Position numbers and translations under genes: made by a program. The notes under the pieces were generated by a model. That model searched no databases. It had not been told where the DNA came from and saw only the letters and a program-made list of their open reading frames with translations. From Leptospirales bacterium (GTDB lineage Bacteria > Spirochaetota > Leptospiria > Turneriellales > JAOUFE01), in NCBI GenBank assembly GCA_040326155.1, contig JBEQLE010000011.1, forward strand, positions 1 through 64,000: DNA of 64,000 bases, read 5' to 3'. Positions 10,306 to 20,791 of the stretch are shown here, piece after piece (the first letter of the stretch is position 1; each line of letters opens with the position of its first letter).

Positions 10306-10417
10306 AATACTTTCCCCATACTTGTAGGCGAGGTGGCAAAAACCACGTTTTTTGACACCGTAAAACTTTAAAATAAAATCGAACGGGAGAACATAAAAAA
10401 ACCTCAAGGGAGTTCTT

Positions 10418-11980
10418 TTAAAATGAAAGTCCGGCAGCCAGGTCTATAGAAAATGCATTGTAATCACCGGTTTGCGATGAAATTTCATAGCCTAAGCCTT
10501 CTTTTAAAATAATCTTACTGGCCAACATCTGTTTTAAATACACTTTAAATATCAGAGAGTTCGTATGATAAGATGGGAAAGGTGAACCCGAAGTGGCTTT
10601 AAGCCAATCGAAACCGAAAAATCCAAACCCGTTTCCATATGTTCGTGGCACTTTCTCATTCAACTCGAAAAAGTAAAAACGTTCTGTAATTGAGAAACCG
10701 AAAACGGTCGGTACTTTTTTAAACATCGGCTGAATTTTCCCAAATGTAATATCAATTGTTAAATCATAAATGCCGAAATAATGTCCATTCATCTTGTTTT
10801 TAGGTGGCATCAGATACTCAATAGCAAAAGCCTCTTGTACATCGAAAATTAGCGCCATTTCAAAGTGTCCCGGAAGAAACTTCCTATCCTCATTCGCCGG
10901 TACCGTTTTTCGAAATTCAATATTAAATTTGCTTAAATCATACTCAATGCTCACCGGTCCTGTTTTAGCATCGGTGAACAGGTATCTGGGGAATATACTT
11001 ATACCAAAATAGTTATACTCGGTGCTGGTGCCAAACATTACTCCGAGCTTCACGTCATTCCGTTTCGGATAATCGACATTTGTTATAAACTGCCCACGGC
11101 TTGGTACATTGTCCTCCGCGAAATTCGCCTGTGAAAAAAGGATACCAGCTCCGAAAAATCCCTTTTTCCCAAAGTAGATGAATTCCATTTTTTCTTCCAC
11201 AGAAACAAAACTAGGAAACTCCATTACAGAGGGCGGAGACTGTATATTAAATCGAAGCTGAACCTCAGGGGAGAGCCAGAAGTTCCCATACAACCCCAGA
11301 GGAAAAAGTTCTGTGGAAGGCGGCCCATATTGACTAACCTTCATAGTTTTATACTTTTGCGCAAAAAGAGCTGTAGGTACTTTATTATAACGAAATTGTC
11401 CCGAAATACTAAATCCAACCTCTGACTTTGGACGTGTCGCTGGTGGGGCCTGTTGGCCTGGCTCTGTCGCCGAGTCCGTTTCGGTGCCTTTATTTTGCAG
11501 CTCTTCCATTCGACGCTGGGCGGCCATCCGATATGCATCCGGTAGCCACTCGCGAACCTCCGCATTATACGGATCTCGTTGCAATAACATCTCTCCATAT
11601 ATTATCGCTTCATCGAACTTCTCAGTTTCGTATAAAAGCCTTCCTATATTACCCATGGCGGGCAATAAATTAGGATTCCTCTCCAAAGCCTTCTTATAAT
11701 GAATTATTGCCTTTTTACGCTCACCGGAAAGCATATAAGTGTAGGCTATATTATTATAACTTGCAGCGGCTTTTGCATCTTGAATAGAAATCGCTTTTTT
11801 AAACTGACGAATAGCGTCTTTGTACTCTCCGCGTTGCGCCGATTGAACACCTTCTTCGTTTAATACATCCGTATTCTCGTCCGCTGTTTCCGAATCGGTC
11901 TTTTCCTTACCACTTTGTCCATAAACAGATGATACCAATGGTATGATCATGAACGATATAAAAATAATAATTTTGCGCAT
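10418..11980 (-). CDS. Secreted TPR protein with probable C-terminal beta-barrel
   Basis: Signal peptide, 3-4 TPRs, amphipathic beta strands, terminal LSF. Confidence 0.75.
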   Translation of the reverse strand: MRKIIIFISFMIIPLVSSVYGQSGKEKTDSETADENTDVLNEEGVQSAQRGEYKDAIRQFKKAISIQDAKAAASYNNIAYTYMLSGERKKAIIHYKKALERNPNLLPAMGNIGRLLYETEKFDEAIIYGEMLLQRDPYNAEVREWLPDAYRMAAQRRMEELQNKGTETDSATEPGQQAPPATRPKSEVGFSISGQFRYNKVPTALFAQKYKTMKVSQYGPPSTELFPLGLYGNFWLSPEVQLRFNIQSPPSVMEFPSFVSVEEKMEFIYFGKKGFFGAGILFSQANFAEDNVPSRGQFITNVDYPKRNDVKLGVMFGTSTEYNYFGISIFPRYLFTDAKTGPVSIEYDLSKFNIEFRKTVPANEDRKFLPGHFEMALIFDVQEAFAIEYLMPPKNKMNGHYFGIYDLTIDITFGKIQPMFKKVPTVFGFSITERFYFFELNEKVPRTYGNGFGFFGFDWLKATSGSPFPSYHTNSLIFKVYLKQMLASKIILKEGLGYEISSQTGDYNAFSIDLAAGLSF

Positions 11981-12426
11981 AACTAATAAATCACCCTTTT
12001 TAATTCACCTTAATGGTATTGTCGTCTACAGTAAATGAAAATTTAAAGGTTTTTTTACCTTCATAAGCCTATTTAACAGTTTTATATGACGTTCTTGAAA
12101 CGCTTTTTCTCATAAATATTTACTGTTTTTTATAAAAGAAAACATGGCAGAAGCCCACCAGTGTAATCATTTACGATGGAGCGAACTCTAAATGAATTTG
12201 GTTATGTATTCTTCTCTGGAAATACTTCTTTTCATTTGAATACATCAAAGGTTAATGGTCAGTAATGAGTTCAATACATTTTTTTCTTGTCTTAACTTCT
12301 GTAGTAGTTTTATTTCAGCAACAGGGTTCCAAACTCGGACTTAAATTCCAGTCTGTTGTAATATTGAATTGTTGTGAAGCTGTTTGAAAGAAATAAAAGA
12401 TTAAAAGAAATATAAGGAATTTATAA

Positions 12427-13341
12427 ATGAAAGCAGTTGTATATACAAAATATGGACCACCAGAAGTTCTTACACTTACAAAAATAGATAAACCAATTCC
12501 AAAAGACAATGAAATATTGGTAAAAGTATTTGCCACAACAGTACATCGAGGCGACTCGCGAATGCGAAGTTTCGACGTACCTAAAGCGATGTGGCTCGTA
12601 GCACGAATAGCTCTCGGAATTCGTAAACCCAAAAAACCGATCTTGGGGATGGAGCTGGCCGGGGAAATTGAAGCCATCGGTAAAGATGTAACGAAGTTCA
12701 AAATAGGTGATCAGATATTTGCCTCCACTTTCGCAGTAGGGTTTGGAGCGTATGCAGAATATAAATGCCTACCCGAGAAAGGAATCATTTCATTAAAACC
12801 TTCTAATATCAATTATGAAGAAGCAGCAGCCGGGTTGGCAACGGGATGCACTATCGCTTTGAAATTTCTAAGAAAAGGAAAAGTTAGTAAAGGCCAAAAA
12901 GTTCTTATCTATGGCGCTTCCGGAAGTGTGGGAACATACGCAGTACAGTTTGCTAAACACTTTGAAGCTGAAGTGACAGGCGTATGTAGCGATGCAAATC
13001 TCGAGATGGTGAAAGATTTGGGAGCTGATACGGTTATCGATTATTCTCACGAAGACTTCACAGAAAATGGGAAACTTTATGATATCATTTTTGACGCCGT
13101 AGGAAAAATATCTAAATCGAAATGTAAAAAGTCATTAGCACCGGAAGGCAAGTTCATGTCAGTTCATGATACTATTGGTGGTGAAAAAATTGAAGATTTG
13201 GCTTTTATAAAAGACCTTTTCGAGCGTGAAAAAATCAAAGCGGTTATCGATAAAACCTATCCATTAGAGCAGATTGTCGAGGCTCATAGATATGTTGATA
13301 AAGGGCATAAAAAAGGAAACGTGGTCATTACTTTGGTGTGA
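12427..13341 (+). CDS. NAD(P)-dependent MDR oxidoreductase (quinone reductase-like)
   Basis: [32 protein letters not shown]. Confidence 0.92.
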   Translation: MKAVVYTKYGPPEVLTLTKIDKPIPKDNEILVKVFATTVHRGDSRMRSFDVPKAMWLVARIALGIRKPKKPILGMELAGEIEAIGKDVTKFKIGDQIFASTFAVGFGAYAEYKCLPEKGIISLKPSNINYEEAAAGLATGCTIALKFLRKGKVSKGQKVLIYGASGSVGTYAVQFAKHFEAEVTGVCSDANLEMVKDLGADTVIDYSHEDFTENGKLYDIIFDAVGKISKSKCKKSLAPEGKFMSVHDTIGGEKIEDLAFIKDLFEREKIKAVIDKTYPLEQIVEAHRYVDKGHKKGNVVITLV

Positions 13342-13493
13342 ACCAAGCTATGTTCAGATGAATTTTAAATAGATTTTCAAATAGAATTTTGAAAGCATGA
13401 CAAAGCAACAAAAAGCAAACAGAATATTAAGGTTTGACTTCCTGAAGTTTATCGAAACATTGCAAGAAATTAATTATTAAAGAGGAGACAATA

Positions 13494-13859
13494 ATGGCAT
13501 TAGCAGCAGGCATTTTACTGATACTAATTGGTATCGCTCATAATATCTATGGAGAAAAACAACAAATTCCAGCTTTGAAAAAGTATACTAACGATTCAAT
13601 AATAGTTGGCTCTCAAAGAATAATGACATACCAAGGCGGCTTCTTGGTGTTGGCTGTCGGAATTGTTCAGGTCTTACTATCATTTCAAGTAATAGAATTA
13701 ACCGGGGTGGCACGGTATTTCCCAATAGGAATTGTCTTATTAAACTTCTTTACAATTCTATTTATTGCACTCGTTGCTCATAGAGAAATTTTTAAGATTA
13801 CAGCTCCACAGTTTGTCATTTTTATAGTGATTATAACTCTACAGTCTCTTTCTCTTTGA
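13494..13859 (+). CDS. Small four-TM membrane protein
   Basis: Four hydrophobic segments; GAGGAG RBS. Confidence 0.75.
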   Translation: MALAAGILLILIGIAHNIYGEKQQIPALKKYTNDSIIVGSQRIMTYQGGFLVLAVGIVQVLLSFQVIELTGVARYFPIGIVLLNFFTILFIALVAHREIFKITAPQFVIFIVIITLQSLSL

Positions 13860-13879
13860 TCTTAGTTATTCCTTATTAC

Positions 13880-15349
13880 ATGAAAAAAGTTTTAATCATT
13901 ATACTAGGAATCGTTGGTACGCTATTAATAACGATCATTGTCAACACCTTGCGGTTCAGTTCCAAACAGATAGATGTAGAATTTGTCGAAGGAATAAAGA
14001 TAGATAACACCAAAGCTGCCAAAAGACTCTCTTTGGCGGTAAAGCTACAGACGATTTCGTATCAGAAGTCAGAAGATTTTGTGGCCAAGCCGTTTGTCCA
14101 GATGATCGATCTGATTTCAGACAGCTTTCCTAAAGTTGAAGCGAACTTAGAAAAAAAAGTGATTAATAGATATTCGCTACTCTACAAATGGAGCGGAAAA
14201 AATCCGAAGCTAAAACCGGTCACTTTTCTTGCCCATTTAGATGTAGTTCCTGCAGAACCTGGAACGGAAAAGCAATGGACGTACCCTGTTTTTTCGGGGG
14301 CTATCGCCGATGGCTTTATCTGGGGAAGAGGTACACTCGATGATAAATCCTCTGCTTTTGCTGTGCTAGAGGCTGTGGAACAATTACTCAAGCAAGGCTT
14401 TGTTCCGAATAGAACGATTTACCTGGCTTTCGGACATGACGAAGAAGTTGGCGGTCATGAGGGAGCTGTAAAGATTGCCGAATATTTCAAAAAGCAAGGC
14501 GTGACCTCTTTATTCACATTGGATGAGGGCATGGTCATTATGAATGAAAAGTTGTCCGCAGCCAAAAAGACAACAGGCATTATAGGCATTGCCGAAAAGG
14601 GCTACACAACGCTAAAGCTAACTGCCAAGGGCGCAGGTGGTCATTCATCCTTACCTTCGAATACAAGCTCAGTGGGAATTTTAGCCAGAGCAATTACTGC
14701 GATTGAGGAAAATCAGATGCCTTCGAGTCTGTCTGGGCCAAGCAAAAAGATGTTCGACTATCTCGGGCCCGAGATGGGATTTTTTGAAAAGATGCTGTTT
14801 GCCAATCAATGGCTTTTTAGAGGAGTTATCATCTCCATTTTAGAAGAGAAAGCTTCGACAGCCGCCATGATTCGCACCACCACAGCTGTAACAATGATCA
14901 ATGCAGGAGTACAAGAGAATGTCTTAGCGTCGCATGCTACGGCGGTGGTCAATTTTAGAATTCTGCCTGGAGACAGTTCCAAAGACGTGCTAGACCATGT
15001 CGAAAAAGTGGTGGCAAACCCGGCGGTGCATGTCGAATTCTTAAAAAAAGGACCGCAATTCGAACCGTCAAAGGTTTCGTCCACCGATACGCCAGAGTTC
15101 GAGGCTATTGGAAAATCAATCAGCCAAATTTTTAAAGGGGCTATCGTCTCACCCGGATTATCGCTCGTGATGACAGATTCCAAACATTATGCGGATGTTT
15201 CAGAAAACAGCTATCGTTTTGCGCCGCATACTTTTGGACCAGAAGATTTAGGTCGAATTCACGGAGTCGATGAGCGCATCGGTGTTGACGATTATGCCCT
15301 TATGATTAAGTTCTACGCCCAACTCATTTTAAATTTAAACCAAATCTGA
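13880..15349 (+). CDS. M20 family peptidase (carboxypeptidase S/PM20D1-like)
   Basis: AHLDVVP, GRGTLDDK, GHDEEVGG, GGHSS, IHGVDER. Confidence 0.93.
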   Translation: MKKVLIIILGIVGTLLITIIVNTLRFSSKQIDVEFVEGIKIDNTKAAKRLSLAVKLQTISYQKSEDFVAKPFVQMIDLISDSFPKVEANLEKKVINRYSLLYKWSGKNPKLKPVTFLAHLDVVPAEPGTEKQWTYPVFSGAIADGFIWGRGTLDDKSSAFAVLEAVEQLLKQGFVPNRTIYLAFGHDEEVGGHEGAVKIAEYFKKQGVTSLFTLDEGMVIMNEKLSAAKKTTGIIGIAEKGYTTLKLTAKGAGGHSSLPSNTSSVGILARAITAIEENQMPSSLSGPSKKMFDYLGPEMGFFEKMLFANQWLFRGVIISILEEKASTAAMIRTTTAVTMINAGVQENVLASHATAVVNFRILPGDSSKDVLDHVEKVVANPAVHVEFLKKGPQFEPSKVSSTDTPEFEAIGKSISQIFKGAIVSPGLSLVMTDSKHYADVSENSYRFAPHTFGPEDLGRIHGVDERIGVDDYALMIKFYAQLILNLNQI

Positions 15350-15360
15350 ATAATTAGCTA

Positions 15361-15534
15361 GTCGGGGCGCGCCCCGACCTGGCTGCGGGGTTGAAACCCG
15401 GCCACTAATCTGTCACAGGTGCGTCACAATTTGTCTTTAATCAATTGTACACGTCTGCGTAAAAACGTCGGGGTAGTGGAAACCCGGGCGGGGCTTGCCC
15501 CGCTTGGGTTGAAGCGAGGGGCAGACTTGCCCCT
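15361..15534. repeat. Cluster of three GC-rich GGGGC...GCCCC palindromes (REP/BIME-like) between convergent genes
   Basis: gtcggggcgcgccccgac 15361-15378, gcggggcttgccccgc 15488-15503, aggggcagacttgcccct 15517-15534. Confidence 0.7.
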
Positions 15535-15563
15535 GCCAAATCTAACCTTTCCTGGCTAAAGAC

Positions 15564-16346
15564 CTAAGACTTCATCACAGGTAAAACGACAAAGGTCAGA
15601 ACGCTTACGAAGTTCGCGGCCCAATGTACGATGATCAGCGGTAACAGACGTCGGATGCGAAAATACATTATTGATATTGCGAATCCAATCAGAAGAGTTG
15701 CTCCAAACCGATAGACAGCCCAATGCCAATCCCACATAAGTGGAAGAGCACTATGTTGTAAAGCCCAGCCAAAAGTCACAATTATGACGGCAAGCCATGC
15801 TTTTCCTGAGAGGATCTCAAGCCGCGGTAAAGCATAGCCTACATACGTCATCTGTTCGGCTATAGCCCAGAAGATGGGCCAGATTAACAGGCTGTACAGA
15901 CCCCCCCATAGCGGTAAAGGCACCACGATTGCCGGGGCCGGGGTTGAACCGTAAACCAATAACCCCGTTATGATACTCCCGATTACTCCCAGAATCGTAA
16001 GTAAAACGAGAAAACCAACACCGAGAAGCAAGTCCCGTCGAAGTTTTTGGCGCTGGAAACTGACCAGATCAAAAAGACGAATGCCTTCTTTGCGCGCCAG
16101 TCTCACCAGCAAGACTAAACAGCCGATATCCAACAAAGTGCCATACACTGGCCACCAAGGGGCGGCAGCTTCCCAGGGGGTTGCGTGGCCTTGTAACATG
16201 AAAATTCCGGCAACGAGTGCTTGTGCCAGAACGGCGAAAATGAGGCGGGCAAATACTAATATTAGCGGCCATTTCCATGTGATGGTCCCTGCCTGTATGC
16301 GTTCTTCGAGTTTCACTTTAGAATTAGGTAGCGTTATTATATCCAT
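15564..16346 (-). CDS. CPBP (CAAX/Abi) family intramembrane protease-like protein
   Basis: AEQMTYVGY (variant of EExxxR), WALQH, IIVHWAAN; AAAGGA RBS. Confidence 0.8.
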   Translation of the reverse strand: MDIITLPNSKVKLEERIQAGTITWKWPLILVFARLIFAVLAQALVAGIFMLQGHATPWEAAAPWWPVYGTLLDIGCLVLLVRLARKEGIRLFDLVSFQRQKLRRDLLLGVGFLVLLTILGVIGSIITGLLVYGSTPAPAIVVPLPLWGGLYSLLIWPIFWAIAEQMTYVGYALPRLEILSGKAWLAVIIVTFGWALQHSALPLMWDWHWAVYRFGATLLIGFAISIMYFRIRRLLPLIIVHWAANFVSVLTFVVLPVMKS

Positions 16347-16372
16347 GTTGTATCCTTTGGTTACATTTTTTT

Positions 16373-17466
16373 TCAATTCATATCAATTACAATTCTGCCA
16401 GTTGCTTTATGTGCCGCAAGATGTTGAAGGCTATCTTTTAATTCTGTAAACTTTAATGGTATTACTCTGTCAAACGGAACCTTAATGTCGTGTTGAATTA
16501 CAAAGTCTAACATTTCATTAATTACTGTTGAAGGAGTCTTCTCTGAAAATTGGTATGCGGGGCCATTTATTTTTGATAAAAGCGAACGGTGAATGATGTG
16601 CCAAAATATGCCCATTACTTTTCCCCAACTCAGTTTATTTGACCCAATATATTGCACGGGGCCACATACAGTTAAGAATTTACCTTTTTTATGCAGTACT
16701 TTTATTGATTCATGCTCCAACTCCCGCCCGCCAACAGAGTCGAATACAATGTCCATTTTTTTTTCTCTGCGACTAATTTATCGCTGAATTTTTCTTTTTG
16801 GTAATCAATAATAAAATCAGATCCGTTAGACCTTACAGCATCGATATTTCTCGTGCTACACAATCCTGTTACAACGGCTCCTTTCGCTTTTAACATTTGA
16901 ACAACTACACTACCAATACCACCTGAAGCTCCAAGGACTAAACATTGATCGCCTTTTTTGACTTTTGAATATAAGATCATTCCATATGCGACACAACCGG
17001 CAATAATCATGGCGACAGCTTCTTTATGAGATAATTCTTCTGGCTTTAATCGTATGTGTTTTTTATCTAAACATCTATAAGTTGCCCATGAACCATGTTC
17101 ACCAGTTGTGCTTGGGATACCAATAACTTCATCACCAATTTTGAACTCAGTAACCTGTTCACCTTTATCAATAATAACTCCTGAAAAATTGGAACCCATA
17201 ACATATGGCTTTTCCTTCGAGACCTCTTTGGGCCCATAAAATCTTCCAAGTGCTGTACCCTGGGCTAATGCAATGTCATCGACATGAAGTGTAGATGATA
17301 TTATTTTTACCACCACATCATTCTCATTCTTTATAGGAATTGGTATGGTAAGCTCTTGCATTTCATTGGGAACATTACCAACGACCGGCTTTTGAGTTAA
17401 TCCAAATGCTTTCATTGTTTTGGATTGATTATATTCAATGATGAGTTTATCGATTGTCTTTTTCAT
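16373..17466 (-). pseudogene. MDR NADP-dependent oxidoreductase split by a frameshift at an A9 run
   Basis: N-part has GASGGIG; C-part DIVFDSVGG...ATGRIVI is in a different frame; junction at T9 16756-16764. Confidence 0.85.
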
Positions 17467-17515
17467 TTTTTGCTATTTCCCTCTTTGTTTATATTGTTAG
17501 CTGGTATGTTTTCGT

Positions 17516-18253
17516 TTACCGCATATTCTGTTTTGCAAATGTTTTTAATAGAAGCAAGTTTACTAACACTAGATAAATAAATCCAATGCTAAAAATTGCG
17601 ATCGGTTGATTCACCCAATGAACAGATGAAGCGGTGGTTACGTCAGAACCTAACATGGCATTGAATTGATAAATCCAGTACGTTGGAATAATCGAAAAAA
17701 GTTTAGACCAATCACTCTCTATAAAGAAAGAAGCCACGGGTGAAAAGGCTATCAGGTTTAAACCTTTGAACCAGGTCAAGCCTTCTACTTTGTTGGTGGC
17801 AATGCTGGTTATGCTTAAGGCAAACAAAGGAACCATCATAGTGTTTAGAGTGGCGCTTGCTAAAATTTGCAATATAGTGAAATGTAAATCGGCTAGCCAT
17901 AGCATGACCGTCGATATAACCAAAGTGTAGATCATGGGTAGGCCAATGCGAAAAATTAGATATTTCTCTGGTTGCAATGGTGTCACGAAAAGAGCCTGCA
18001 TATTTCTGGCATCTTTTTCTTCGAGAATAATAAACGTTGTCACAGCCCCAGCCAAAAGACCAGATTGCATCACCAGAAAAGTAACCACCTGCGGCCGCCA
18101 TGGTGTGAGCCAGTCAAATGTTTGTATGCCAAACGGCAATGCCCAGAAAATAGTCACTGCAAAAAGTAAGGGCACGATCGTAACAAATGCTGTTAGCATC
18201 GGGTCTCTAAAAATATTTTTAGTGTCAATAGTAATGTAATTTGTAATGTTCAT
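17516..18253 (-). CDS. ABC exporter permease (fluoroquinolone-export type)
   Basis: Six TM; ILEEKD, VTPL, NKVEG, PTYW motifs. Confidence 0.85.
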   Translation of the reverse strand: MNITNYITIDTKNIFRDPMLTAFVTIVPLLFAVTIFWALPFGIQTFDWLTPWRPQVVTFLVMQSGLLAGAVTTFIILEEKDARNMQALFVTPLQPEKYLIFRIGLPMIYTLVISTVMLWLADLHFTILQILASATLNTMMVPLFALSITSIATNKVEGLTWFKGLNLIAFSPVASFFIESDWSKLFSIIPTYWIYQFNAMLGSDVTTASSVHWVNQPIAIFSIGFIYLVLVNLLLLKTFAKQNMR

Positions 18254-18321
18254 AATGTAAATGTAAGAGCTTGAGGGCACCTCTAAAAACTCCGTTTTTA
18301 CGGCGCCCTTGAGTGAAACTC

Positions 18322-19026
18322 TTATACTTCCCCTTTTTCGTATTTTTTAACAGCGTAAATTTGTATAACTACAATCAATATAATCTGATAGGCAAAAGCG
18401 TATATCAAGTCGAGTGTCGAAGCTGACTCAAACGATGCTTGAAATAAGATCAAAACTGCCTTGGTCGGTATCAGGTAAAACAAAGGGTTGGTGTATACAT
18501 CACCAAGTTCCAAGAGGGGAATAAAAAAGGGAATCAAGTAAACCACCGCCCTCATGAGAAACCCGTTAAAACTAGAAACGCCGATTAGACTAATGATTCC
18601 GATGTAGTAAAACAAAATCGAAGATAAAATTACAGCCAAAGAGAAAATCAAAAAATTAAAATCAAACGACTTTCCTGCAATGGCAATGGCAAAGCTGCAA
18701 ATTAGAGCAAGCACTGTGAGGGCAAGTGCCCTCGCGCCGAGTTTTATGGCGTGGTTTACAGAAGTCACACTTATTGCCTGCATGGTGTTTTGATTTTTGT
18801 CGTATAGCACCAGAACACCGGTGAACATAAAACCCATCATAACGGGGTCAGAGATCACGAATAAAATAATCAAATCATCGTAATGTAAATCGAGTGCAAA
18901 AAACAGGGCGGCATAAACCCCGGCAATAAAAAAGCTCATAGCCACCACTTGATAACGAGCTAGAAGCAGAAACTCCCATTGGGTGGCCCTTATCAAGGAT
19001 AATATAAAGTTCATCGAGTATTTCAT
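18322..19026 (-). CDS. ABC exporter permease (fluoroquinolone-export type)
   Basis: DPVMMGFMFTG motif; six TM; start overlaps the ATPase stop (ATGA). Confidence 0.85.
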   Translation of the reverse strand: MKYSMNFILSLIRATQWEFLLLARYQVVAMSFFIAGVYAALFFALDLHYDDLIILFVISDPVMMGFMFTGVLVLYDKNQNTMQAISVTSVNHAIKLGARALALTVLALICSFAIAIAGKSFDFNFLIFSLAVILSSILFYYIGIISLIGVSSFNGFLMRAVVYLIPFFIPLLELGDVYTNPLFYLIPTKAVLILFQASFESASTLDLIYAFAYQIILIVVIQIYAVKKYEKGEV

Positions 19027-19880
19027 TTTAATTTTTGGCCAGTTGTTTCGATGAATATTTGATCAAGCGAGGCTTCTTCGGTGTGGATGGTTTGAATTTC
19101 ATGCTTGTTAAGAAGGCTAATGAAATTTGTATTTTCCCCAAGTTTATTCATCTCAAAAGATTTTTCCTTTTGTTTCCCGGAATTTAAATATTCAACCTTC
19201 ACACTTTTTTTACCATATCGAAGTTTAAGCTCTTTGGGTGAATCAATGAGTCTGATTTTCCCTTCGACTAAAAAGGCAACCTGGTCACAGAGTTCATCAG
19301 CATCGGTCATATTGTGCGTGGTTAAAAAAATGGTTTTGCCACGATTTTTCAAGTCGATGATGATATCTTTTATGATGCGCGCATTGGATGGGTCGAGCCC
19401 GGAAGTGGGTTCATCTAGAAATATCAGGTCGGGATCATGCAGTAAGGCGCGCACAAAGTTCAAACGCATTTTCATCCCTTTTGAGAATTCACCCACCCTT
19501 CGATCTTTTTCTGATTCTAAACCCACCATGCCTAGTAGGTCATTGGTTTTGTGCACAGGTTTCTGGTATAACGATGCGAAAAGGTCCAGGTTCTCTTTTG
19601 CCGTCAACTTAAGGTAGTGATTGGGCAGTTCAAAAGAGACGCCGATTTTTTCAAATATATCTCGTCCCCAATCTTTGATGTTTTTACCAAGTATGGTTAG
19701 GTTGCCTCTATAGGCGTCTCGCGTTTGGCGGGTGAGTATCGCTTGTGTGGTACTTTTTCCGGCCCCGCTTGGTCCAAGAAATCCAAAAACTTGCCCCGTT
19801 CCGACTTTGAATTCGATATTTTTTAAGGTGTCGTTTGTTCCATGCGGGTATTTGTAAGAGAGTTGTTCTACTTCAATCAT
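19023..19880 (-). CDS. ABC exporter ATP-binding protein
   Basis: GPSGAGKST, FSKGM, FLDEPTSGLD. Confidence 0.95.
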   Translation of the reverse strand: MIEVEQLSYKYPHGTNDTLKNIEFKVGTGQVFGFLGPSGAGKSTTQAILTRQTRDAYRGNLTILGKNIKDWGRDIFEKIGVSFELPNHYLKLTAKENLDLFASLYQKPVHKTNDLLGMVGLESEKDRRVGEFSKGMKMRLNFVRALLHDPDLIFLDEPTSGLDPSNARIIKDIIIDLKNRGKTIFLTTHNMTDADELCDQVAFLVEGKIRLIDSPKELKLRYGKKSVKVEYLNSGKQKEKSFEMNKLGENTNFISLLNKHEIQTIHTEEASLDQIFIETTGQKLK

Positions 19881-20649
19881 TATGTTCTCCTTCTATTTGT
19901 TTGTTCCCACTCTTTTTCGAGAGTCCTTTTATCATCAATTTGAGTGTCTTGGGTTCAACCGTATGAAAACTTCCGGGTTGTAGATCGAGCAATCGTTCCA
20001 CACTTTTTTCAAAATACAATATATTTTTTTCCAGTTTCTTCGCGATGTCAGGATCTTCGCTAATAAACAGGTGTGCATTTTTGGAACCCATATGTATAGC
20101 CAGTGCCATAATGGCCTCGGCTAACGAATCAGCCTCCTGGTCAGGATCAAGGCGTTTAAAATCTCCCAACTTGATACCCTCTTCGATTATATTTCCGAAG
20201 AAGGGTACTGTGTCTTGAATAATCTGCTCATTGATTTTAACACGCAATTTGATATTTTCTTCTTTGTATAAGGCTTCATAACTAGCTTTCATTGTCTCCA
20301 GATTTTCTACTTTTATATTCTGGCTGTTTTGAAAAGACCGGTTCAATTTTTCCAGTGGGGTTATAGGCATTTCTATAATTTTCTGAATTTGTTGTATTGC
20401 AGCAGTGGCAACCATGTTCACCATTTCAGAAAGAAGTTCATCTTTCGATTTAAAGTAATGGTAAAATGTTCCTTTTGCGATTCCCGTAGCGTGTAAGATA
20501 TCAGTGATCGGAGTGTTTTCATAGCCTTGTGAAAAGAATAGTTTCTGGGCGGCTTGAATAATTTCGTTTTTTCGAATTTCGGGATCTTTTATAATTCGTT
20601 CTTTTTTTGAATTGACTTTACTCGTTTCATTTTTCATTTCTGTGTTCAC
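19873..20649 (-). CDS. TetR/AcrR family transcriptional regulator
   Basis: IAKGTFYHYFKSKDEL HTH. Confidence 0.95.
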   Translation of the reverse strand: MNTEMKNETSKVNSKKERIIKDPEIRKNEIIQAAQKLFFSQGYENTPITDILHATGIAKGTFYHYFKSKDELLSEMVNMVATAAIQQIQKIIEMPITPLEKLNRSFQNSQNIKVENLETMKASYEALYKEENIKLRVKINEQIIQDTVPFFGNIIEEGIKLGDFKRLDPDQEADSLAEAIMALAIHMGSKNAHLFISEDPDIAKKLEKNILYFEKSVERLLDLQPGSFHTVEPKTLKLMIKGLSKKSGNKQIEGEHND

Positions 20650-20665
20650 CGTTACTCGTGTTAGT

Positions 20666-20716
20666 TGTAGACCGACCGTCGGTCTACATAATAGTAAATG
20701 ATTCGTGTATCGTCAA
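20666..20716 (-). promoter_or_regulatory. Sigma70 promoter with adjacent palindromic TetR operator
   Basis: TTGACG-N17-TATTAT on the minus strand (20716 to 20688); perfect 11-1-11 palindrome tgtagaccgac-c-gtcggtctaca at 20666-20688. Confidence 0.8.
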
Positions 20717-20791
20717 GTTATTTTGCATTAAATCAGAACTCCATTATTAATCGTTCGATAGTACAGAAGCAACAACGTAAAATTTGATGGT

